NCBI GenBank assembly: GCA_027923505.1
Contig: BROI01000002.1
Location: 310,001 to 374,000 of the forward strand
Origin: Mayamaea pseudoterrestris
Lineage: Eukaryota
DNA length: 64,000 nt
Direction of reading: 5' to 3'
This document shows positions 55,666 to 64,000 of this stretch, in pieces (within the stretch, counting starts at the first letter, position 1; each line of letters begins with the position of its first letter). The notes below the pieces were generated by a model, which was given only the letters and a program-made list of their open reading frames with translations, ran no database searches and was not told the DNA's origin. Position numbers and translations under genes: made by a program.

Positions 55666-57981
55666 TCAGTCATCATTTTCGTCGCCGTCCGTCGAGCTCA
55701 AACCTCGACCGACTGCATTGACCAATCTCACAGCCTTTTTAAAGGCAGAGTTCAACACTGGAAACTCGTAAAAGTCGTAGCCATCCTCTCGCATGGATTC
55801 CATGATGCGCAGCGCCTTGAGTGGCTGTCCGCGTCGCTCAAACGACGAAACAGTCGCCGTGTACAAGTCAACGTCTGGTACGAATCCGTCGCTGCGCATT
55901 TGTCGCAGAAAAAATTCAGCCTGCTTTGGATCGCCCTTGGCAGCCATGGTTCGGACCAAAATGTTGTACGTCTGTCGGTTCGGCTTGGCGGCCGAATACT
56001 CGCTTGACGAAAGAATTTTGTAAACGATCATGGCTCGTTCCATGCTTTCCTCGGGCGATAATGTCGAAAACTTTGATTCCGCTTGCGCCATGAGCACCGT
56101 GTTGAACACGGCAACGTTTGGCGCGAGCGACTCGCGCATCATTTTCTTCAGCAGCAGCAGCGCACGCTCCGACTCGCCAGCCTTGCGGCAGCAACTAATG
56201 GCAGCTCCGTAAATAATTTCGTTTGGTGCAACGTTGCGTTCGCGCATCAATTTGAAGACATGACTTGCTCGCCCCGTGTCACCCTTGCGCTCGCAGGCAG
56301 TCATGAGCTCACCGAACGTCATAATGGTAGGTTCCAAACCGTCAGTTATGATTTCGTCAAATAAAGAAAAGGCTCGATCAAGGTCCCACGCTTCGGCGCA
56401 TGATCGAATCGCCGCATTGTAAACTTGCACGTTCGGGTTTGGAACTGTCGAGTCTTTTTTCAAAACGCTCAGTAGCTTCATCGCCTTGAGATGCGGATCG
56501 GGTCGCAAGGACGCATCGTCGTCATCTGGAGAATATATAAAGCCTCCCGACGAAAGTAGCTTGGCGGTTGCCGTCGCACACGCGTAAATGGTGGCAGCAA
56601 AGGTGACTTCGTTTGGCTGAATGTTGGATTGTCGCATGCGCTCCAGCAGTCGAAAGGCTTGCACCCATTGACCTTCATTCTTGCATCCAATAATCGCCGA
56701 TGTATACGCCATGACATCGCCTCCGTCAAAAATTTCACAATACTCCTTGAGCAGCTTGATACCTTCCTTCCACGCCCCGCCCTTGGCGCAGGCCGAAATC
56801 ACCAACCGATACGCCACGGCATCCGGTCCCTGCAGCGGCTGCTTGTGACCAGCAATCTCCAACCCCGCCGTCTTTCTCTCATATGATTGAACCGTCTTCA
56901 TGAGTTGCAAATATGACAGCGCATCCTGCCACAAGCCCAGTTTCTGGCAAGCGTGCAGCACGCTCGTCACCACGAGTCCATCCCACGCGAAGCCACGCTC
57001 TTGCTTCATGTCTTTGGCCATGTCTACCACCAGCTGCCACTGCTGGCCTTTTTCGAGCGCCGCCAGGACGGTGCCGTACGTGACGGCGTCGGGCGCCGGA
57101 CCGTGCGTGCGCATGTGACGCAACAAGTGTAGCGCCATGGTGCAGTCTTCCGCCGCCGCGTAAATGGCGGCATTGTATCCCACGACGCTCAACGACACGT
57201 TTTGGTGTTTGGCCTGCTGCAGCAACTCCATGGCTTGTTGCGGCTGGCGACACGACGCGCAGGCGGAAATGGCGGCGTTGTAAACGACGCCGTTGGGTGT
57301 CACGCTGCAGTGACGCATAATTTGAAACAGATGCATGGCTTGGTTGACGTCCTTGGCGCGGGCGCACACACTCATGAGGGCGCCAAACGTATAAACGTTT
57401 GGTTGGAGTAGTCGTTGTAATGATGATGATGATGATGATGATGATGATGGTGGTGATGGTGGTGGTGATGCAGTAGTGCTTGTTGCATTTGCATTCGCTT
57501 CATTCACATGACAATATTGGTGCAGCAGTTCCAAGGCTGTGTCGAGTCGAACGGGTTGCGCCCTTCCGCAGGCATCCATGGCGGCATTCACTTGGCGAAT
57601 GGTTGGCTGGGGAATGCTGTGGAGCAAGTCGAGCGCAACGTCAATCTTGCCGTGGCGTCCCAGGTTGACAATCTGTCGGTCCAATGGAATCTTAGGCGAT
57701 GCAGCAGGAGTAGATAATGGCGTAAAAGGCGACGAAGCAGCAGGCGGAGGACGTCGTCTAGATCCTTCCACGGGCAAGTCTTGAAGCAACGAAGTAGAAG
57801 CGTATCGCATCGTGGATTGTTGACTGAGCCATGCTTGATCATGCATGTAGTGGTGCAACCCTTGATTCCCTGATATTGGTGTGACTAGCAGGAAACAATC
57901 AGCTGGCGGCGGCGAAGAAACCGCTAGCCACGCGACCAGAGTTGCGGCAATTTCGGATCGTCTCCTGATTCTTCGTCTCAT
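55666..57981 (-). CDS. Pentatricopeptide-repeat (P-class PPR) protein, probably plastid-targeted
   Basis: Many 35-aa repeats (PNVYTFGALMSVCAR, PNGVVYNAAISAC, PDAVTYGTVL, PNEIIYGAAISCCRK); leader with signal-like core ending ADC-FLL. Confidence 0.92.
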   Translation of the reverse strand: MRRRIRRRSEIAATLVAWLAVSSPPPADCFLLVTPISGNQGLHHYMHDQAWLSQQSTMRYASTSLLQDLPVEGSRRRPPPAASSPFTPLSTPAASPKIPLDRQIVNLGRHGKIDVALDLLHSIPQPTIRQVNAAMDACGRAQPVRLDTALELLHQYCHVNEANANATSTTASPPPSPPSSSSSSSSSLQRLLQPNVYTFGALMSVCARAKDVNQAMHLFQIMRHCSVTPNGVVYNAAISACASCRQPQQAMELLQQAKHQNVSLSVVGYNAAIYAAAEDCTMALHLLRHMRTHGPAPDAVTYGTVLAALEKGQQWQLVVDMAKDMKQERGFAWDGLVVTSVLHACQKLGLWQDALSYLQLMKTVQSYERKTAGLEIAGHKQPLQGPDAVAYRLVISACAKGGAWKEGIKLLKEYCEIFDGGDVMAYTSAIIGCKNEGQWVQAFRLLERMRQSNIQPNEVTFAATIYACATATAKLLSSGGFIYSPDDDDASLRPDPHLKAMKLLSVLKKDSTVPNPNVQVYNAAIRSCAEAWDLDRAFSLFDEIITDGLEPTIMTFGELMTACERKGDTGRASHVFKLMRERNVAPNEIIYGAAISCCRKAGESERALLLLKKMMRESLAPNVAVFNTVLMAQAESKFSTLSPEESMERAMIVYKILSSSEYSAAKPNRQTYNILVRTMAAKGDPKQAEFFLRQMRSDGFVPDVDLYTATVSSFERRGQPLKALRIMESMREDGYDFYEFPVLNSAFKKAVRLVNAVGRGLSSTDGDENDD

Positions 57982-58264
57982 TGTTGCTGTTGGTGCTGGT
58001 CTTTCTGCGAACGAGAAAGCGATGGCAGGTTGAGTTTCAGGGCCCGGATCGAACAATCTGGAGCTGAGCGCTTCACGATCGTGAAAAGCGCGGGGAGATA
58101 AAAAGCAAAAATCATGTTCGAAATGTCGTGAGTCTGCTCTACACTGGCCTCATGGTGCTTTTCAAGGCGTTGACTGTGAGTGGCGTCAGACTTTTTGACG
58201 CAGCGGGGCCGAACCATCACCGCCGGAGATCCATCACCATCGAGCGGCGACGCTATGTAGCTAC

Positions 58265-60185
58265 ATGCTTATATGCACCAGCCACCATGTCATCATCATC
58301 ACAAAAAGGCAGTCATTGACTACCACAAATACTGCTGACGTCTTTGCGCTGACTCACAGCACCAATACGGATGCTATCGATGACTTGTGTACGCATGCTA
58401 AAACATTAGACTATGATCTGATGGGTCGTTTACTGGTAGCCTTAATTTCAAGAAGGGACAAGGGTGACGACGGTTCAATTCTCATTTTCCTTCCTGGTGC
58501 GCCCGAAATAAGCAAGGCTTCCGAAGCTATTAAACGACGAACTGAGGGCATGTCCATCTTGCTACTTCCACTGCATGGCGGACTGCAGTCAAAGGACCAA
58601 AACGTTGTGTTTCGGCCACCTCCATTCGGATCAACAAAAGTTATATTGTCTACAAACATTGCAGAAACATCTGTGACGATACCAGACTGTACAGTTGTCA
58701 TTGATTCTTGCCGCGAAAAACAAAGTTCCTATGACCCATCGAATCGCATGCCGCTACTTGTGGAGCAATACGCTTCAAAGGCAAGTCTCAAACAACGCAG
58801 GGGACGTGCTGGACGTGTACGTGATGGCGTTTGCTACAAGCTAGTCTCGAAGCGAACACTTGCTAGTCTGGCTGAACATACTGAACCAGAGATACAGCGA
58901 TGCTCTCTTGACCAAACACTCCTCTCTTTGCTGTTCCTGGGTGTCGAGGATGGCCTGGGGTCGTTTACGCGCACATTACTGGATCCACCAAGCAATCAGT
59001 CGCTTCGCGCCGCATCTGAAAGTCTCAAATCATTGGGAGCTATTGAAGATGACGATAATTCTCGTGGCACATTGCGTCTCACGCCACTTGGGAAGCATCT
59101 CGCTGGCATTCCAGCTCCTCCAGTTGTCGGTAAACGTAAGTTGTTTTCGAAACAAAGTGTCTTCTTCTTTATTGTGCTGACTTGCTTGTCTTTTGTTTCT
59201 ATATCATACCACAGTGTTAGTAATGGGCTCAATTCTAGGCTGCCGAACGGCTGCTCTCGGCATGGCTGCAGGACTAAGTTTGACCCGTAGCCCCTTTTTA
59301 AACTTGGACTTTCCACGCAATACTAGAAACCAAAAGCAGGATGAAGAGGAGTCACCGGAGGCGACAAAGACTCGACGAATACTCAAATCACGCCTCGAAA
59401 TGGCCGAGAAAATGGGCAACAGTGACCATGCACTCTTGGCGGCCATCTACATCGACTGGATGTCAACGCGTGGCGATGGTGGCGGAAGGAGGAAGCAATT
59501 CTGCGAAAACTTTGGTCTCCATTTTCCCGCTATGAAGGAGATTGAGCAGCTTGGAAATTTACTTGACTCCGCCTTGACTTCCATTGGCTTTCGAGCATCG
59601 GTGGAAGCTGACCGCGATTTGAATTCGCCGCGAATCATTCACGCGTGCGCAGTGTCGGCCATGTCGCCTGCTCAGTTGGTGAAAGTTGTCCGCCCCAAGA
59701 CGACCTATGACGAGACGGCTCAAGGAGCCAAGGAGAAGGATAATCGGTCCAGAGATTTGAAATTTTTCATCCGCCTACCAAGTGATGGGACGACAGAAGG
59801 CACAAGGGAGGAGCAAGTGTACGTGCACCCAGCGTCGTCAAACTTTTCGACCGGTACATATAGCTGCCCATGGCTCGTCTACTTTCAGCTTCTCCGGACG
59901 AGCAAGCCGTATCTACGCGACGTGACCGAGTGCAGTCCGTATGCGCTCTTATTGTTGGGCGGACCACTGACCGTACAGGCGTCAAAGGATTTGATATTGA
60001 TTGATAACTGGGCCGCACTATCAGCAAACGCTCGCATCGGCTCACTAGTGGGTGGCTTGCGTAAGCAAATTGATGCGCTGCTCGCAGCAAAGACGGCCGA
60101 CGCGTCAATGGACATTAGCAAAACGGATGCCATGCAGCTTATCACAAGCATTTTAAAGACGGATGGTATAGGCGGGTCGGCGTAG
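58265..60185 (+). CDS. N-terminally truncated duplicate of the DEAH helicase (RecA2-HA2-OB only); intact frame, may be a pseudogene
   Basis: Homology to 37592-39438 begins at 58337. Lacks Walker A, DECH and SAT. Same intron (59136-59214). In-frame ATG at 58265; no stops or frameshifts. Confidence 0.7.
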
Positions 60186-60273
60186 CTGCAAAGCGAAGAT
60201 AAGTTAATTTATAACTTCTGTAATACTTACAAGAAAATCTTTAGTTGTCTAGTTACTCCATTGAATGCAGCCA

Positions 60274-61476
60274 CTATCGCTCCACCACAAACTGCAGCAG
60301 CGTCCTTCCATGATCCGTATCCGTGACAATGTCATCACGCAGTATCTTCCACTCGCCTTGTTGCTTGTCGCCGACTGCTCCCTGAAACATGTTTCGCAGC
60401 TCATGCCGCTCGAGCACGTGGTGCGGCTTGGGATGGTCGAACAACCAGTTTGCGCCAGCGTGCGGCTGGCAAAAGTGACTCGTCGCAAAAATGAACGGCT
60501 CGACTCTGGTATCAACTGCGTTTTTCGATGACTCTTTCATCGATTGGATCAGTCGCTCGACGAACGCCTTGTTCCAGTAGCGGACGGCGTACATGCACAA
60601 GACAATGGTGCCATTGTTGTTTTGGTCAAGACTGTGCAACAAACTGTCCGCCTCCTTGTCAACATCAACTTTTCGCACAACCGTTTCCAAACTGACGTTT
60701 CGTCGCTCGAAAAAGTCGTGGATTGGCTGCTCTGCCTGTGGCGATCGATACCGCTGGTCCATGGCCACGACGCGAAATTTTACGTTTGATGGCAATTGCG
60801 ATTTGAGTTGCTCGGCCAGGAAGCAAACGTCGCGGCCCGCGCCGGAGCCCACGTCCCAAATTTCGTAGCAAATTGATTTAGTTGAACTTGTATTCGAGTC
60901 ATTATTAATATAACTCGCTTGCGTTAGCTTGTCAACGAGCAGTGGCAAAAGAATGGACGACACCATGGGGTCGGGTTGCCAGAGTCGATCCAATGGAACG
61001 AATGCTGATGTAGAATCTTGCGTTTGTTTATAACATGGCAACAAAGAGCTACTATCATCAGCGCTCGTTGTAATTTCAAGTGCTGCTTCGTTCCGTTGCT
61101 TCTTGGCTGTCCTTGTAGTTGCTAATTCATTGTCACATTCAAGATTATGCTCATTCAACACAACGACACCCACCACGCTCCACGGCTTTTGCTGCTGCTT
61201 GGTTGTGGGCACTAGAAATTCCATGGCAGTCACACGATCCGCATCATTCTGCACCAAGACGACAAAGTCAACGTCTCGCGGCGGCAGCTCAAAGGATCGA
61301 TCTTTTAGCTGCGCCAAAGGAATGGAAACGATGGGGCAGCGTCGATGCCGCAATTGTTGCGCCAAAGAGTCGCATATTAAGGCTGTTTCCGGCAAGAGAC
61401 TAAGTAATGGAAAACTTGCATATATTGGATTGTTGACCAGGTCGCTCCATGCTATGATTGGAGGCGCAGTTGACAT
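60274..61476 (-). CDS. SAM-dependent methyltransferase with rhodanese-like N-terminus, copy 2
   Basis: Paralogue of 40746-41960; central part identical, both ends diverged. Confidence 0.75.
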   Translation of the reverse strand: MSTAPPIIAWSDLVNNPIYASFPLLSLLPETALICDSLAQQLRHRRCPIVSIPLAQLKDRSFELPPRDVDFVVLVQNDADRVTAMEFLVPTTKQQQKPWSVVGVVVLNEHNLECDNELATTRTAKKQRNEAALEITTSADDSSSLLPCYKQTQDSTSAFVPLDRLWQPDPMVSSILLPLLVDKLTQASYINNDSNTSSTKSICYEIWDVGSGAGRDVCFLAEQLKSQLPSNVKFRVVAMDQRYRSPQAEQPIHDFFERRNVSLETVVRKVDVDKEADSLLHSLDQNNNGTIVLCMYAVRYWNKAFVERLIQSMKESSKNAVDTRVEPFIFATSHFCQPHAGANWLFDHPKPHHVLERHELRNMFQGAVGDKQQGEWKILRDDIVTDTDHGRTLLQFVVER

Positions 61477-61689
61477 GGTTTGAAAGTGAATCATGGTGAA
61501 TGTGGCTTGTCAAACTTTCGTTATGCTTCGCCAAAACGTCTTTCTGTCGTAGCGACACGATGACGTTTCTTTAGCCATTTAGCTAGCCAGTGCGTACCGG
61601 TATGTAAAGTTAAGTCACCCGCCTAACCAGTATAATATATGAGCTACTGAGCGCTCTTTCAAGACTTATACTATAGCTACACTTAATTG

Positions 61690-62030
61690 TGGTAGGATAC
61701 ATCCGACCATGCTTCACGACATTAATTGGTGCGCTGCCACTGCGACACAGATGACGTCAGGATATTGGCGCAAGCAATGACCCTTCACAATGACCGTGTT
61801 AGCTATCCCCAAACATTGCTTTACTTGCTCTCAAAGAGCCATTGATTACCGCTCAACTACTGCAATCTCTAGTGTAGCCTTTCCTTTTGTTCCATATAGA
61901 CACAAATTGTTGGCGTCAACCCATCAAATGGTTGCTCTGAAGGTCAGTGTTCTCTACTGTTTGGCAGTCTAGCGCGCAAAACTCTTTGCAGTCTTTGTGA
62001 AACCATTGATCCTACCACCTCCCCGCCCCG
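61690..62030 (-). mobile_element. Isolated LTR (328 bp, 61690-62017) with adjacent polypurine tract; relic of an LTR retrotransposon
   Basis: Absent from copy 1. Ends TGGTAGGAT...ATCCTACCA (TG..CA, inverted). On the minus strand it is immediately preceded by GGGGCGGGGAGG (PPT-like). No TSD. Confidence 0.7.
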
Positions 62031-62321
62031 CGAATGTGTTAGCTCGGTTTTAAAGCTACTGTAGTATCTACCAGTACTAGTACAGTACTACTTGACTACT
62101 ATCTGCTCAGGTTCGCTCAAGTCGAAAGCCAAGTGAATCCCAGTGACAGCCTTGAAGCTGCGCACCACATGACTACCCTTTTCACATTCATTTTTTTGAT
62201 CGTGACGGACGTTGCGCATGCCGACTGCTTGGCTCTTGCCGCGTCGTTGGAAGCGCAGCGAAGGAGGCGCTTGCGGTTACACATATCACTAGCCAAGCTC
62301 TGCTGCTCCAGTCAAGCCACC

Positions 62322-63748
62322 ATGAAGCCAAGCAAGAAATCTTTGATTGAAACATCAAAAGGTCATGATTACGCGCTGCCGCCAACAGGTACTCTGGCGC
62401 TGCAGTCGGCGCTTGCAGCTTTAACGCCGTCAACCCATCAGCCACCACTATTCTCCAGCCTTGAACTGCTGCACCTCGAGCAGCTCTTGCAGGCTCGAGC
62501 AACGATGCGAGCGCAGCAAGAAGTGCAGCAGCAGCAAATCTATTTGAATCCAATGGAATGGATGCTTCGGCGGCAGCAGCAGCAGCAGCAGCAGCAGCTG
62601 TTACTGCAGGCAATGCAGCTACAGTCAAGCTTGCCGCTTGTTCCAACCTTTGCTACTACCTATCCCTTGGCGCCATCATTCCAGCCTGCAGCCATGCCTC
62701 TCTCCATGCTATACCAGCAACAGCAAGCTCATGCCACGGTCCAGCTTACCAATCACGCGCTGCAACTACACCAGCTATTGCAACAGCAGCAGCAGGCAAT
62801 GCAGCAGCATCCGCAGCCCGTCCTGGCCCATGCATCCAGTCCGTCTCCAGTAAGCCACGCAATCATGCCGGCACGACGCCAGGAGCAACTCGAAGATGCA
62901 TCCTTTCCTTCTACATCTGATCATATCAAAAAGTCTTCCGATGGTAGCGAAACGCCAAGCATCAAGCGCTTATTGACTTCAGCTTCAGCGCGAACACGTA
63001 ATGAAAAAGCGACCAAACATTCCACTAGCTCGTTCATGTCTGCTAGCAAGCCAAAATCTATCATTCCACCCAGCAAGAGAGCAGTCACTAAATCCGCTAT
63101 TACTAACAGCAAACCATCCGCGACGAATAGCAACTTTCGCAACAGAAAAAGCCGCAAGCGTCGCATGATTCAAACCTTTCCCATCAAGCTGCACAAGATG
63201 ATTGCTTTCGCCGCCCAAGATGATCACTTGCGTCACTTGCTGGCCTACACCAAAGATGGAACGGCCTTTAGCATGACACATGATACGTACGAGCTGGAGG
63301 AGCAATTGTTTCACAAGTTTTTTGTGAGTCTCTGGCGAATGTGCTGAGCGTTTCCTCGGCAATGTTTCACAGTCTCCTCGCTCAAAGTTCTCCTTTTCTT
63401 CTTCAACAGCGACACAAAAACTTTGCCTCCTTTCGGCGTCAGCTGTGCATTTACGGATTCATCAAGGTTTCAAAAGGTAAGCAGCAGCAGCGGCGAGTGT
63501 TGGCAGAGATTAAAAGCAGCTCCGTTGTTGCATGCATCAGAGAGTATCACTCACTCTTTCTGTTTCAAATTTCAGTCAATAACAAGGTAGCTTACGCTCA
63601 TCCCCTCTTTTTGCGAGACCAGCCGGAGCTTGCCAAGCAAATGGTGCGAGAATCTATTGTGGAGCAGCAGCAGCAGCAGCAGCAAGTGCCGACTGCTAAT
63701 GGCGAAAACTCCGCAGCGACAAGTCTACCTTCCTCCGAATCCTCATGA
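62322..63748 (+). CDS. HSF-type transcription factor with polyQ N-terminus, copy 2; 3 exons
   Basis: Paralogue of 42454-43860; introns 63324-63409 and 63477-63575. Confidence 0.88.
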
Positions 63749-64000
63749 CACTACTGCTGCTTCGTCTCGTCAATGGAAAAGCATCCAAAAAGCTGAACGC
63801 TGCTCTGCTGCTACAGACTTGATGCATGTCGTATCTTGCGCCTTGCGCCAGGTAATCAAGCGGTAAGACGCCCAACGCGTGACGACGGATAGCAAGCGCA
63901 CAGGCAACAGCTGTTGCTCGCAAGGACTTTCGATTGGTTTTAGCAAACGCATCGCTCGCGCGAGGAGAGTGACGGTCCGACAACCTAGCTATGGTCGAAA

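Larger units (their letters stand above)
58337..64000 (+). repeat. Segmental duplication, copy 2; continues past the window end
   Basis: Collinear with 37592-44125; the last bases of the window still align to about 44125. Confidence 0.95.

Noticed and set aside
57419..57470. (TGA)n/(TGG)n microsatellite and the various CAG and GAC tracts
   Set aside because: They encode polyS, polyP, polyQ or polyD low-complexity stretches within genes, which is ordinary for this genome.

Overview
Gene-dense eukaryotic nuclear DNA with short GT-AG introns. The gene families, bipartite plastid-type leaders and RxL secreted-protein motifs suggest a diatom or related stramenopile (inference). About 30 protein-coding loci can be supported: a PhyH-type dioxygenase running off the left edge, an AMT ammonium transporter, PRP19, NMD3, DPM1, M43 and S41-like secreted peptidases, ALG11, a DUS1-like enzyme, a Lys/Pro/Ser-rich single-pass protein, MoCo sulfurase, a sulfotransferase-like protein, a DHX57/DHX29-type helicase, a rhodanese-like/SAM methyltransferase, an HSF-domain factor, an LRR-like protein, an alpha/beta hydrolase, dTMP kinase, enoyl-CoA hydratase and a PPR protein. 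The main structural feature is a direct segmental duplication, about 37.6-44.1 kb repeated from about 58.3 kb to beyond the window end. It carries the C-terminal half of the helicase, the methyltransferase and the HSF gene. The copies show patchy identity, including a ~680 bp identical tract, and each has a private retroelement relic: a 5'-truncated LINE in copy 1 and a 3' LTR with its PPT in copy 2. A TIR-bounded DNA transposon deletion derivative with palindromic subterminal repeats lies at 31.7-32.8 kb. No rRNA, tRNA or CRISPR array was seen. Exon boundaries, alignments and counts were made by eye.
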